This document shows positions 17,971 through 30,100 of a stretch of DNA of 64,000 bases, one piece after another. This DNA is from Candidatus Omnitrophota bacterium (GTDB taxonomy: Bacteria > Omnitrophota > Gorgyraeia > Zapsychrales > Zapsychraceae). Numbering within the stretch: the stretch's first letter is position 1; each line of letters opens with the position of its first letter. A program made the translations under genes and the position numbers. Under the pieces are notes generated by a model. It saw only the letters and a list, made by a program, of their open reading frames with translations, was not told the DNA's origin and searched no databases. The stretch covers positions 61-64,060 of the forward strand of contig JAGQKV010000002.1 of assembly GCA_020429915.1 (NCBI GenBank), read 5' to 3'.

Positions 17971-19197
17971 CTATTTGGTGTTGCCCAATCCGAATACCGT
18001 ATGCAGGGCTTCGGTGGCCTTTTTCGCGTGCTTCTCCTCGATGATACAGGAGACGCTGATCTCCGAGGTCGAGATCATGTCGATGTTGATCTTCAGTTTG
18101 GCCAGCGTCTCGAACATCTTGGCGGCGATCCCGCGATGCGAGCGCATGCCCGATCCCACGATCGACACCCGCGCGACCGTCTTGTCGGAGGAGACCTGGC
18201 CGGCATTTATTTTCTTGGCGATGGCCTGGGAGGCTGCCAGCGCCTTGGTCAGCTCCTTGCGCGGGACCGTGAAGGAGATATCGGTCAGCCCGGATTGGGA
18301 GACGTTTTGCACAATAATGTCGACGTTGACGTCTTTTTGGGAAATCTCGGTAAAAATCCGTGCGGCGATGCCCGCTTTGTCCGGGACGGCGGTAATGGTG
18401 ATCTTGGCCTCCGAGGCATTCGTGGTTACCCCGCGTACCGCGACGTCTTCGATTTTCGGATTGGCTTTCACTATCATGGTTCCTTCCTCCTTGACAAAAC
18501 TCGATCGAACGTGGATCGGCATATTAAAACGTTTCGCGACTTCAATGGAACGCGCCTGCATCACCTGCGCGCCGAGCGACGCCATTTCGAGCATTTCCTC
18601 GAAGGTGATGGTCTTGATCTTGCGGGCCGATTTGACCACCCGCGGGTCGGTGGTGAAAATCCCGGTGACGTCGGTGAAGATTTCGCACACCTTCGCCTTC
18701 AGGGCCACGGCCAGCGCCACTGCGGTCAGGTCGGAGCCTCCCCGACCGAGCGTGGTGATTTCGCCGTCCGGTGAAAGCCCTTGGTAGCCGGCGACGATGA
18801 CGATTTTATTCCGGCTGTGTGCCTTGCGGATCCGCGGCGATTCAATCGATATGACCCGCGCCTTGGTGTGCGCCGAGTCGGTGCTGATCCCCACCTGCGG
18901 ACCGGTAAAGGCGATGGCGTCGTGACCTCTGGCCTTGATCGCCATGGCGAGCAAGGCTGAGGAAATCTGTTCTCCCGTGGACATCAGCAGGTCCATCTCG
19001 CGGTCCGGCGGGGTCGGGCACAACTTGAAGGCCATTTCTTCCAATTCGTCGGTCGTGTCTCCCAGGGCGGAGACCACCACGACCAGATTGTTGTCACTCT
19101 TCTTGCTTTCAATGATGCGGTCGGCGACGACCTTGATCCGGTCCAGATTCGCCACCGAAGATCCGCCGAATTTCTGAACGACGATGTGTTTCTTCAT
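17971..19197 (-). CDS. lysC: Aspartate kinase
   Basis: VQKFGGSSV N-terminal kinase motif; two C-terminal ACT domains. Confidence 0.9.
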   Translation of the reverse strand: MKKHIVVQKFGGSSVANLDRIKVVADRIIESKKSDNNLVVVVSALGDTTDELEEMAFKLCPTPPDREMDLLMSTGEQISSALLAMAIKARGHDAIAFTGPQVGISTDSAHTKARVISIESPRIRKAHSRNKIVIVAGYQGLSPDGEITTLGRGGSDLTAVALAVALKAKVCEIFTDVTGIFTTDPRVVKSARKIKTITFEEMLEMASLGAQVMQARSIEVAKRFNMPIHVRSSFVKEEGTMIVKANPKIEDVAVRGVTTNASEAKITITAVPDKAGIAARIFTEISQKDVNVDIIVQNVSQSGLTDISFTVPRKELTKALAASQAIAKKINAGQVSSDKTVARVSIVGSGMRSHRGIAAKMFETLAKLKINIDMISTSEISVSCIIEEKHAKKATEALHTVFGLGNTK

Positions 19198-19237
19198 AAC
19201 GTGATTCCCTTATTATTTCTTGCCGGTCCGCTGCGTG

Positions 19238-20446
19238 TCAGAAGCACAGGTTTTCCCGTACGAACCAACTGATCATTTCTTCCCCGCTCTTGAACTTGAT
19301 CCCCAGCGCGCGGGTGTTTTCCTCGTTGTAAAGCTCGGCGCCGTTGTGCTCGATGCCCTTGCCGTACATGGCGAAGCCGACGGGCTCGTGTGTGTGCGTG
19401 CGCAGCGCCACCGGTGTGGGGTGGTCCGGCAGGACCAGCATGCGACTGTCCGGATGCGCGTCGACATAATCGCGGATAGGCCCGACAATATGCTTGTCGA
19501 TGTTCTCGATGGCGCGGATTTTTTCCTTGTAGCTGCCCACGTGACCGGCCTCGTCCGGGGATTCGATATGGACGTAGACGTAGTCATGATCTTCCAGTGA
19601 GTTCAGGGCGTATTCGGCCTTGCCGGCATAATTCGTATCGAAATATCCGGTCGCGCCCGGGACATCGATGATGTCCAGTCCGGCCAGGCGGCCGATACCG
19701 TTGACCAGGTCCACAGCCGAAATGATGGACCCTTTCAAACCGTATTTCTGCGCGAACGGTTCGAGGTTGGGTTTTGTCCCCTGCCCCCACAGCCAGATCA
19801 TAGTGGCCGGATTTTCTTGCAAATCGATGCGCACCTGATTGACCGAATGCCCGGCAAAGATTTCCCGGGATTTGGCGATCAGATCACGGATGCGGGAGTC
19901 GAGCCTGCCCTGCGGCAGATAGCCGGTGATGTTCTTGTCGGAGATGTCATGCGGCGGCACTGTCTTGAGGGCCATGTACTCCTGCGGCGTATCGGTCCGC
20001 AGCACCATGATATGGCGGTAGCTTTTACCGGGATAAAAAACGATATCCTCGTCTTCGATTTCCTCGTTCAACGCCTGGATCAGGAGCGCGGCCTCATCCG
20101 TCCGGATGTGACCGGCGCTGTAGTCGATCATGATGCCGTCCCGCTCAGTGACGAGATTACAGCGGAAACTGACTTCATTGTCCTTGAGCGTGATGCCCAT
20201 ATTGGCGGCCTCGAGCGGCGAGCGGCCGGTCAGGCTGGTGCACGGGTCGTAGCCGAGGATGGCCATGTTGCCGACATCCGAACCCGGCGGCAGTTTGTCG
20301 GGAATGGTCTGCACCATACCGGTCATGCCGTGCTGGGCCAGGTAGTCCATGTGCGGGGTGCGCGCCACCTGCAGCGGGGTGCGCTTGTCGAGATCTTCGA
20401 CCGGATGGTCGAACATGCCGTCTGGGACGATGACGATATATTTCAT
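19238..20446 (-). CDS. Cofactor-independent phosphoglycerate mutase (ApgM) family protein; likely non-canonical homoserine kinase
   Basis: ApgM-family N-terminus MKYIVIVPDGMFDHP...TPHMDYLAQHGMTGM. Sits between thrC and lysC in a Thr operon with no thrB, the arrangement known for homoserine kinase analogs in Bacteroidetes-type thr operons. Confidence 0.8.
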   Translation of the reverse strand: MKYIVIVPDGMFDHPVEDLDKRTPLQVARTPHMDYLAQHGMTGMVQTIPDKLPPGSDVGNMAILGYDPCTSLTGRSPLEAANMGITLKDNEVSFRCNLVTERDGIMIDYSAGHIRTDEAALLIQALNEEIEDEDIVFYPGKSYRHIMVLRTDTPQEYMALKTVPPHDISDKNITGYLPQGRLDSRIRDLIAKSREIFAGHSVNQVRIDLQENPATMIWLWGQGTKPNLEPFAQKYGLKGSIISAVDLVNGIGRLAGLDIIDVPGATGYFDTNYAGKAEYALNSLEDHDYVYVHIESPDEAGHVGSYKEKIRAIENIDKHIVGPIRDYVDAHPDSRMLVLPDHPTPVALRTHTHEPVGFAMYGKGIEHNGAELYNEENTRALGIKFKSGEEMISWFVRENLCF

Positions 20447-21090
20447 ATCCGTTTTTCCACGATATCCAGGAGTTTATCGATCACGCCCTGGCGCGTGTTG
20501 TCATGCGCCAGGATGCGCTCCTTGTCGACCACAAAGCCGAGGTAGTTTCTTTCTTTCAATGTGTTGGCGACCACCAGATCACAATACGCCGCGTCGAACA
20601 AGCCCTTGGCGGCACCGACCGCCACGTCCCCGCTCATGTCGGGTTCGAGCTTGAAACCGACCAGCAGCGAATCCGTGCTGATCTTCCTCAGGGAGCGAAT
20701 CAATTTCGGCAACGGGACCAGGTCGAGCCGGATATCAGTCTGGTCGGACTTCATTTTCTCTTGCAGCGGGTTCCGGATCATATAGTCGCTGACCGCAGCC
20801 GCGTGAAAGATGGCGTCGTAGTGCTTTTTTTCTGCTACCAGTTCCGAGCGGATCAAGGCCATCAGGTCTTCGTAATATTTGAACGGGCGGACCGAGATCC
20901 CCTCGTCGGTCATGCGCCGTTCCACCGGTCCTTCGAAAACGGTGACTGAGGCCCCGCGCCGGCGGGCCTCGCGGGCCAGGCGTTGACCCAGCTCTCCGGT
21001 GGATATGTTGCTGATGACACGCACGGCATCAATCGGGACCCAAGTCGGACCGCAGGTGATCAGAATATTCTTTTGCGCAAGAGTACCCAT
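20443..21090 (-). CDS. Phosphopantothenate--cysteine ligase (CoaB)-like protein
   Basis: ILITCGPTWVPIDAVRVISNISTGELGQRLAREARRRGASVT...AAAVSDY...LVGFKLE matches the stand-alone CoaB/DFP C-terminal domain. Confidence 0.65.
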   Translation of the reverse strand: MGTLAQKNILITCGPTWVPIDAVRVISNISTGELGQRLAREARRRGASVTVFEGPVERRMTDEGISVRPFKYYEDLMALIRSELVAEKKHYDAIFHAAAVSDYMIRNPLQEKMKSDQTDIRLDLVPLPKLIRSLRKISTDSLLVGFKLEPDMSGDVAVGAAKGLFDAAYCDLVVANTLKERNYLGFVVDKERILAHDNTRQGVIDKLLDIVEKRI

Positions 21091-21121
21091 TCGCTTTGTG
21101 TCGGCGCAGACAATCCGAATC

Positions 21122-22180
21122 CTACAGGCCGATTTCCTTGAGGACGGCCATGAGGTTGTTGTCGACCGTCACCGGCTCGGCAATCGCCTTGATGGCGGTA
21201 TTCGGGTCTTTCAGTCCGTGACCGGTCAGGGTGCAGACGATCGTCGCCCCCCGGTCATCTTCGAAATAACCCGCCTCGCTCAACTTGAGCATGCCGGCCA
21301 CGCTGGCGGCTGAGGCCGGTTCGCAAAATACGCCTGTGTGCGCGGCCAAAATCTTGTACGCCTCCAGAATCTCCTCATCGGTGACCATGTCGATCAATCC
21401 TCCGGATTCGTCACGCGCGGCCTCCGCCTGCTTCCAACTGGCGGGATTGCCGATGCGAATCGCTGTAGCGATCGTCTCGGGTTTTTCGATAGGATGTCCG
21501 TGAACAATCGGGGCGGCACCGGCGGCTTGAAAACCCAGCATCTTCGGCAGCCGTTCGGAGATGCCGGCCGCTTCATATTCGTTATAGCCCTTCCAGTAGG
21601 CCGTGATATTGCCGGCATTACCCACCGGGATCGCGTGAAAGTGCGGGGCGTCCCCGAGGACGTCGCAGACTTCAAAGGCGGCCGTCTTTTGGCCTTCGAT
21701 ACGGTACGGATTGATCGAGTTAACCAGTTCAACCGGATAGCTGTCCGTGACTTCTTTGACGATATTCAAGGCGTCGTCAAAGTTTCCGCGGATCTGGATG
21801 ACTTTGGCCTTGTGGATCATCGCCTGTGCGAGTTTCCCCAGGGCGATATTTCCCTCGGGAATGATGACCACGCATTCCATGGTGCCGCTCTTGGCTGCGT
21901 AGGCGGCTGCCGAAGCCGACGTGTTTCCCGTCGAAGCGCACATCACGACCTTGGCGTTGTTTTCTTTGGCCATCGAAATCGCCATGGTCATGCCGCGGTC
22001 CTTGAACGACCCTGTCGGGTTGAGTCCTTCATATTTCAGGTACACGTTCAGGCCCGTCCGGCGGGACAGGTCCTCCGACGGGATCAGGGGCGTGTTGCAC
22101 TCGAGCAAGGTGACGATGCTTTCGTCCTTGATCTCGGGCAGGTATTTACGGTACGTTCGGATCAATCCTTCGTAAGGCAC
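21122..22180 (-). CDS. thrC: Threonine synthase
   Basis: [15 protein letters not shown]-lysine motif; 352 aa. Confidence 0.9.
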   Translation of the reverse strand: MPYEGLIRTYRKYLPEIKDESIVTLLECNTPLIPSEDLSRRTGLNVYLKYEGLNPTGSFKDRGMTMAISMAKENNAKVVMCASTGNTSASAAAYAAKSGTMECVVIIPEGNIALGKLAQAMIHKAKVIQIRGNFDDALNIVKEVTDSYPVELVNSINPYRIEGQKTAAFEVCDVLGDAPHFHAIPVGNAGNITAYWKGYNEYEAAGISERLPKMLGFQAAGAAPIVHGHPIEKPETIATAIRIGNPASWKQAEAARDESGGLIDMVTDEEILEAYKILAAHTGVFCEPASAASVAGMLKLSEAGYFEDDRGATIVCTLTGHGLKDPNTAIKAIAEPVTVDNNLMAVLKEIGL

Positions 22181-23505
22181 TATAGCTTCTCCATTCTGAT
22201 CGCCACCGGTTTGTGCCGGACGGTGTCGAGTTTTTGAATTTTCTTAAGGGCGGTGCGTACGACTTTTTCGGTCGTATAATCGGTCAGCATAATGACCGGC
22301 ACGGCCTTGAGCGCCCCGTCATGCTGTTGCTGAGAGACGGAGTTGATACCGATCCCCGCCCGGCCGAGGATGCCCGTCACCTGCGACAAGACTCCCGGCT
22401 CATCCACCGCGTGAATGCGGATGTAAAACTTGGTCTCGATATGGTCGATGCGCCGCGGCCGCAGGGCCTGGTTCTGCGTGAAATGGTTGCAGTACATCGG
22501 ATTGTTGGGCGCGTTGGCGGCGTTGATCAGGTCTGCGATGACGCCGCTGGCGGCCGCCATCTGGCCGGCGCCCTCCCCGGTGAGCATGACCTTGCCCAGC
22601 GGGTCCGCGTCGAGATAAATGGCATTGTACACCCCGTGGACGGCGGCCAGCGGGTGGTCCTTGCTGATCAACGTCGGATGCACGCGCGCCTCCAGACCGC
22701 CTTTGGATTCCTTGGCGATGGCCAGCAGCTTGATGCACAGGTCCAGGCTCTCCGCGTAGGCGATATCAATATGGGAAATATCGGTAATGCCTTCCGTATA
22801 GATCGATTTGACCGGCAGCATGCGCTGAAAGGCCAGAAAGGTCAGGATCGCCAGCTTATGCGTGCTGTCCATCCCGTTGACGTCCAGCGTGGGATCGGCC
22901 TCGGCATAGCCGCGTTTTTGCGCCTCAGCAAGTGCGTCGTCGAACGAGCACAATTTCTTGCTCATTTCGTCCAGGATAAAATTGCAGGTGCCGTTGATAA
23001 TTCCGTAAATGCCGCGATAGGCGTTGCCCGCGATCGTCTCGGACACCGTTTTAATCATCGGAATCCCGGCGCCGACAGCGGATTCGTAATACAAATGCCG
23101 GCCGTGTTGCTGCGCGATTTTAAAAAGCTCCAGCCCGTGATTGGCGATCAGGTCCTTGTTGGCTGTAATGACGTCTTTGCCGTTTCTCAGGGCCTGTTCG
23201 ACGATTTCCTTGGCGGGATGCTTGCCGCCGATCAGTTCGACGACGATATCGATGGCCGGATCATTGACGACATCCTGATACTTCTTGGTCCGTTTGACCG
23301 AACGCAGGCCGTGGATCCGCTTTTTGTCGATGCTGCGGTCGCAGATCGTGCGGATGTTGAACTCGGCATTATAACGTTTCTGAAAGGCGGTGCGGTTGCT
23401 GCGCAGGATCTTGACGACACCCTGGCCGACGGTCCCGTAACCGATCAGCCCGATTTGTAATTTACCGAATGCCTTGTCTTCGATCGCATCCAGCGGGTTA
23501 ATCAT
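22180..23505 (-). CDS. hom: Homoserine dehydrogenase
   Basis: [18 protein letters not shown](P) motif, catalytic domain, C-terminal ACT domain. Confidence 0.9.
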   Translation of the reverse strand: MINPLDAIEDKAFGKLQIGLIGYGTVGQGVVKILRSNRTAFQKRYNAEFNIRTICDRSIDKKRIHGLRSVKRTKKYQDVVNDPAIDIVVELIGGKHPAKEIVEQALRNGKDVITANKDLIANHGLELFKIAQQHGRHLYYESAVGAGIPMIKTVSETIAGNAYRGIYGIINGTCNFILDEMSKKLCSFDDALAEAQKRGYAEADPTLDVNGMDSTHKLAILTFLAFQRMLPVKSIYTEGITDISHIDIAYAESLDLCIKLLAIAKESKGGLEARVHPTLISKDHPLAAVHGVYNAIYLDADPLGKVMLTGEGAGQMAAASGVIADLINAANAPNNPMYCNHFTQNQALRPRRIDHIETKFYIRIHAVDEPGVLSQVTGILGRAGIGINSVSQQQHDGALKAVPVIMLTDYTTEKVVRTALKKIQKLDTVRHKPVAIRMEKL

Positions 23506-23884
23506 GGGTGACTCCGTCCGTGTTTTTCAGATAATCGATGAGTTTACTCAGGACGACCTGGGCTTCGGTGTTCAGTTCGTCGAATTCAAGGCGGGTTTCG
23601 TAGATAAGGTCTTTGGCCTTTTCGTTGCAGCCACGGACAATGCCCTGCAGGACGGTTGCATTGGTCAGAAAAGGCGTATTCAGCTCCACGCCCATACGGG
23701 TGTTGAGCTCAAACGGCTGGGCGGTGACGAAGCACATCCCCCCCTCGCTGATATTCTTCAGTTGGGTGAGCTCCATCCGGTTTTCCGGCGTACGCAGATC
23801 AAAATACCTCAGCAGGAAATGCTTGCGAAAGCGCTTGTGACGTCGGCGTTCATGGTAATCGTCTCGTTCTCTTCTGGGAAGCAT
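23498..23884 (-). CDS. PilZ-domain protein
   Basis: RRHKRF...DISEGG pattern (RxxxR ... D/NxSxxG); 128 aa; AAAGGAG RBS; first gene of the thr operon. Confidence 0.6.
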   Translation of the reverse strand: MLPRRERDDYHERRRHKRFRKHFLLRYFDLRTPENRMELTQLKNISEGGMCFVTAQPFELNTRMGVELNTPFLTNATVLQGIVRGCNEKAKDLIYETRLEFDELNTEAQVVLSKLIDYLKNTDGVTHD

Positions 23885-23969
23885 AGCGGAGTGCTCCTTT
23901 GATTGGGTTAGCGGAACGGATCGGTGCTGACTCTCAAGCCGTTCCCCTATGAGTTGCTATCAGATAAAA

Positions 23970-24043
23970 TCGGAGCGGTGAGATTCGAACTCACGACCCC
24001 AAGTCCCCCAGACTTGTACGCTAACCAGCTGCGCTACGCCCCG
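23970..24043 (-). tRNA. tRNA-Pro (anticodon GGG)
   Basis: Minus strand reads CGGGGCGTAGCGCAGCTGGTTAGCGTACAAGTCTGGGGGACTTGGGGTCGTGAGTTCGAATCTCACCGCTCCGA. Acceptor, D, anticodon (loop CTGGGGG) and T arms (GTTCGAATC) all pair. Confidence 0.85.
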
Positions 24044-24060
24044 ATAAAGTATTTCAAAGA

Positions 24061-24095
24061 GGACCGGCCGCTATTGCGGCCTTCCCTAATATTTA
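24061..24095 (-). terminator. Candidate terminator hairpin downstream of the giant gene
   Basis: GGCCGC-TATT-GCGGCC stem-loop followed on the minus strand by a moderately T-rich tract. It lies 20 nt upstream of tRNA-Pro, so it could instead be a processing structure. Confidence 0.3.
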
Positions 24096-24196
24096 CACGT
24101 CTTTATCACAATATATATAATACGAGCGTTAATTATACAAGATAAAGTCCTGAATGCAAATGGAAAAATTGCTGTAATTCGCTATTTTGAGCCACT

Positions 24197-27100
24197 TTAG
24201 AGCACGCTGGCTAGGGATTGGATGAGTGACGCGCGGGCGTCGGATTCCGGTGATGTGCGGCGGGACAAACGGGCCGTGCCGGCCGGGTCCTGCTGGACGG
24301 AGCGGGTATCCCCGTCGTCATTATCTTCTAAGCCTAACAGAGGTATAAGGTTAGGCAGCGGTGTGATGTTGATGATCACAGGCTGTACGCCGCGGATCTG
24401 GAGCGGATTCACAGGCATGGCGGTGCCTTCCGGGGTGATGAACTCAAAGGCATCCCCGGTGATTTGCAGATTCATGTTTCGAGTGTCAAAGTCGATCCCC
24501 CCGGGTTCTTCGGCTGTGAGCGCTTGGTCGAGCGGAATGACACTGATGCCTGTAGCGGCCAGTTCATCCCACTTTAGATCACCCGCAATCGGATCTGGCG
24601 ACTCAACGTCCACACGGACACTGCCGTTGTGGCGCACAGTTGTGGCAACGTCTTCATCTGTGATGAGATGATGCAAATAGAACGGAACCATATCTTCAAG
24701 TAACTTACGCGCTTCATCTGCGGTCATGGCCTGATCTTTCTTGACGGCGGAGATCTCCACCCGATCGAGCGGGGCGAAGCGCACCCGGGCGATAAAGTCA
24801 CCGTCCCGCTGGTAAAGTCGCGTGGCCTCGGCGATATTCTCTTCAGTAATCCAGTCCAGCGCGCCTACATCGGCCCCGCCTTCGATCATCTTGCCCCCAA
24901 TGAGCGTAAGGACCTTGCTGCGCAGGCGGGTCTTCAGAGGAGTGACAGCGGCGTCCGGCCGGGACGTGGCGGTCATGGCCTGGTCATCCCTGTCGCGATC
25001 GCGATTACGGAAGTTTTGCCAGCGGCGGAACATGCGGTACCCCACCAAACCGGCCAGCGCGGCCGATCCCGCCACCAGCAGGATTCTCTCCGGGTCCCGC
25101 AGGATCTCATCGAGCACGGCCATGTCCGGGGTGGCGTATGACCTGCTGTCGCGGACGACCGAGGGTTCGGCCTGACGTTCGGCGGCGAGGATGGCGCCGT
25201 CCACGATGTAACCGTTGGCGTCGAACGTGACGGTTTCCTCACCGATCGGTACCGACAGATTGCTTTCGGTAGCCACCTGGATGGCCGCGATATTGCGCAT
25301 GATGTGGTCCGCCATGAAGAATTTATCCTTCTTGAAGCGCGCGACAATGGCGTCACGCTTGATCAAGTCTTCGCCGTCGGTGGCGGCATATATCTCGGCC
25401 TTGCGTTGCCCCAAGGCCTTGGCTAGCCGGACCACGGCTTCGGTGGGGGTCATGTCGTATTTCTCGGATAATTCCATGACCATGATGTTATTGCGCCGCG
25501 CGATCTGGGCAATTTCGTCGTAGAGTTCGATTTTGATTTGGTCCAGCGGATCAAGGTACTCGTAATGTTCGCCGATCTTGATGTCGGGGTGATTACTGGA
25601 GGTGATCAAGCCGTAGCCTTGTTGCTCGACGGCATAGTTATCCCAGGACAGCCGCCGGCGCAGGGAAGCAACGGTGTAACCCAGGTCGTCACCGCGATGG
25701 AACAAACGCCCGTTGAGCGGATCGACGTTCGCGCCGATGGTAATTTCTTCGATGTCGGAGGCAACCACGATACCGTTGTGGATGATCACCTGACCGGCCT
25801 CAACGCTATCTTTGTCGGTCACCAGATTTACGACTTCCGTGACTTCGGTGTTGGTCTCCGTCGGGATGACATCGCCGTCGGCGCTGCGTAACGTGATGGT
25901 GCGCAATTCACGGACGGTCAGCTGATGCTTGAGCATCGCCTCTTTGGTGGATCCTTTGACCCCGCCGAAGTTCACGCTCATCCCGCTGACCGCCAGGATG
26001 CCGGCTTCTTTGAGCTCCTGTTCCACGCCGATGAAGGCGTTATTGGACCCTTCGATGATGATAATATCTTCCATCTCCGGTTCGTCCGCGTCCGCCTTGA
26101 GGAGCGACACGCCGGACCAGCCGCGTTCCTCCAAACGGTCCAACGCGTTTCCGAGTGTCAGCGAATAACTGGACCGTGCCGGATCACTGGTCGAATCCAG
26201 CAGATCGCGAATCTTTCGACCGATAATGAGCTCGTCATCGCCTTCATATTCCGCTAAAAAGGCGTTCAGTTCCTCTATCATCTGCTCGGTCACACGGCCT
26301 TCCAGGTTGGCATTTTCCAGGGCGCGGCGGACTGAGACAGGACGCTGCTGGAGGGGCTTTTTGATAAATCCGCCCATCGCCGCCGGAACCAGGAGGTTGA
26401 TGTCGACGGCTTCCGTGTCCAGAATCTGCGCGCCTTTCAGGTGCTGCACTCCCTCCTGTTCGGGCATCCACTGCAGGACATTGCGTTCTCCCGGAGAGAT
26501 GTTGTTAAGGTCTTGCAGTTCCGCTATGGTGAATCCTTCCGGTTTATAAACCACGCCGTTAATGTCTGATATGGCGACAACTCTGATGCCTCCCCGCACC
26601 ATCTTCAGGGCGATCGATCCGCCTACATCCCCGGCACCGACAACGGCGGCGCGCTGCGTCGCGGGATGGATTCCCTTATACTCGAGAATCGTTTTGATAC
26701 TGTGCCACGTCGAATCTCCGGTGACCGCCAGTTCGACGTGGGAGATGGCGCCCACTTTGGCGGATCCGCCGGTCACGGCGCTGCCGATGATCTTGACGAT
26801 TTCATCCTTGAGCTTACGGTTGAAGACGCGCTCGACGACCACACTGCCGTTTTCCTTGCCCTTGGGCAGTTCCAGCAACAGGCGTTTGCGCATGAAGCCG
26901 ATGAGACTGTCGTCAAGGAATTTGCGGCCTGTATCGCGCTCGATTTCGGCCAACGCGCGGCCGTAACTTGACAAGGTCAAGTTGAAGATATCGACGCCGT
27001 GCGCGTGCATGGTACGCACTTCATTCATCAAGTGCATGGTATAGCGGCGGACGATACCCGCGATAATCGTTTCCTGGTTGTCGGAGGACATGCCTACGTC

Positions 27101-30100
27101 CGGCCCCCCGTCATAGACTTCCATGAGGCCGACGTCCACCATGGCCCGCGCCCAGGCGCGCAGCAAATCGTCCTTCAGTGACGTTGCGTCCTGATTCACC
27201 CCGAAGTACGTCTTGGCGCCGGCATAACCGATACCGGCCAGGACGTTCTTGGAATATTGTGAAACCGAGAGGTTGTTCAAATCTTCATACGCGCCTTTCA
27301 TGATATCGTGCGCCACTTCGTCGATATTTCGCTTTTGCGGATCGTTCGCACGGGCCACCGGCTCGGCGTAACGGATGCCCCCCTTGGTGTGATCGGCTTC
27401 GCTGAGATCGACGAGCTGGGTAATCGCGTAGAAACGGTCGGGCAGATAGATGAAGACGATTTCCTTTTTGTTTTCAAAACCGGTTAGCGGGACCCCCTTA
27501 AAACGGATGGCGATCGCCTCGCGGCTGCCGCCGCTGGTTTCTTCCCGCTTCTCCGGTTCGACCACATCAGCGCTGGTGGCGGTGATATTCTTGACGGCGC
27601 GTTCGTACAGGATGGTCAACCACTGCGTCTCCGATCCCGCGAGCAGTTCCTCCAGGGCCTCTTCTTCGCCTTGCGGATTGTAGAGGTAACGGATCATGGC
27701 GGCGGCGATCTGCGGATGCGCCACGAGCTCCTCGATGGCGGCGATGCCGTCGAAGTATTCTCCCCGGTTATGCTTCACTTCGTAGTGCGAGAGTATTTCC
27801 AGGAACGTAGCGGCGCCCAGGAGTATATCCCGGCGGCGCGGTTCCACGTCGGCCAGGACCTGATCGAGTCCGGCACGGTTGGTTTTCTGATCGCGTTGAC
27901 TGTTGAGGTAACGCAGCGCCTCGGGACGTGTCTTGCGCTTTTGCGTATCGGCAGCGCCCAGCACCTGTTCCTCAATAGATGCCCCGGTTGCGACGGGAGT
28001 CGTCATGGCCGCGTCACTGGTTTTGAGTCGTTTGTCGAGTCCGATAAAGTTTTGAGCCTGTAAAGCGCGGCTCTCCTGTTCACGCAGACTGGCCTCTGCC
28101 ATACGGGCAGTTTTCAGGCTGGAGTCGAAGGACCCGGACAGCGCCTCACGCATGCGCACCGCGGCCAAAACGTCGTCGGAATCGGTTGCCGTCCTTTGTT
28201 CCAAGCGTCCCTCGGCGTTAAACACGTAGGTGTCCTTGCCTACCTTGATGGACAAGTCGCTGGCGGAAACCAGACGTTTGATGGCGATCTTGCGGGCGAC
28301 GTTCAGCGGGAAGAAGAATCCGTCTGTCTCGAATTTATCCACAATCCGTTGAATAGCTTCTTCGACCCGTTCGTCGTCCGAAGTGTCCAGTTCGCGTTTC
28401 TTGGCGGCGATCATCTTGGTAACCTTGCGAACGGCCTGTGACGGCATCATCTTCAGCTCCAACTTCTCTGCGTCGGCGCCATTGCGGGCCAATTCCATGA
28501 CCATCGTGTTCATGCGTTTGGCGATCCCCTTGATATCCTGGTACGCGGTGACACGGATTTCCTGGACCGGATCAATAAACACGGCTGAGTTGCCCTGCCT
28601 GAGGTCGGGGTGATTGCTGGCGATGATTTTCCCCTGGCTGTCGAGTTTCACCACGAAGTTGTCCCAAATCAGGGTCTTCACCTGATCGCGATGACGGTAA
28701 GGTAGTTGAATGCCTTGACTCGTCAGGCGCCCCTCGAACAAATCCAGGTTTGTCCCGGCGAGGATATCGGCGACCGTGGAGTGTATGACGCGGCCGTCCT
28801 GCATGACAATTTCCCCGAGGACTTCACTGCCCGTGTAATTGGTGACCGTGAAGCGATCATTGACGCGAATGGCCGGGCTGGTGACCACATCGGTCCCTTC
28901 CGAACGAACGATGATCCGTTGCAGCTGTTCGGTGGTGAACCGATGTTTAATGTAGTCCTCCAAATAAGAGCCGTAGGCCCCGCCGAATCCGATGCTGGTG
29001 GCGCTGAACGCCAGGATTCCCTTGCGATGCAGTGTCCGTTCGTAACCGTTGATCGAGTTGAATCCGCCTTCGATATAGATCAGCGGATCGCGGTCCGGAT
29101 CGTCATCCAAGCTGCGCAGCCGGTCGATGGCGCCTTCATCCAGCTTATGTCCCGGTGCCATCGAAATCAGGATGTCCAGGTCGATCATGTCTTTGTCGCC
29201 CAGCGACCCCAAGGGAAGGTGGCGGACGCCTGTGCTTTCCGCCGGCATCCATTTCAGGACGTTTCTTTCGTTCAGGGCGATATTGTCCAGCCGTTGCAAG
29301 TCCCGGACGCTGAAGCCTTCCTTTTTATAGACCGTTCCGTTGATGTCTTCGATCGCCACAACCTGGTACCCCATGCGGGTGAGCATGAGCGCCAGCGATC
29401 CGCCGGTCGTGGCCCCGCGGATACCGATCTTGCGGCTGCGCAAATCGCGGTCCGGCAGGTATTCGTCGATCGCCTCGATGCTCATGGCCGCACTGAATGC
29501 TGTCAGCGACCATTCCTTCAGCGCGTTGAACTCGGTGTCGGTCAGACGTCCCGTGGCCGCCGATCCGATCGTCCGCGCGATCTCCGACTCGAGTCGCGAA
29601 TTGAAGAGTTTGACCAGCGACGTCCCTCCGTTTTGCTGACCCAGATGCATGGAGGCGACCACCCGTTGCCGTAACGAATCCATCAGCGGGTCATGCAGGA
29701 AACGCCTCGGTGTTTCGGCGCCGTCCTCGAGTTCAGCCAGCAACATCCCGTACTGCGATGTGGACTTGATTTTGGACAGGTCCTCTCCGATGGACGGAAT
29801 GGTTTTCATCAGTTCCAATTCATTCCGCAGGTGATCCCGATAACGGGTGCCGATCGCCTGGGCCAGCGTATCTTGATCCTTGGCCGTCATACCGGATTCG
29901 GTCCCGATCACATAACGGGAGGCCACTCCGGCATCCACGTAAGATCTCGCCAGTGATTTGAGCAGGACGGTTTTGATATTCTTTGAGTCCGGGAAGACCG
30001 ACATTACCGTTTTGGCCCCGGAGAACGGTGTTTGGGTAATGGTGTTGCGGGCGAACTTCGAACGGGAAATCAGGTCAACCTCGGCAAAGGTGTTTTGGAA

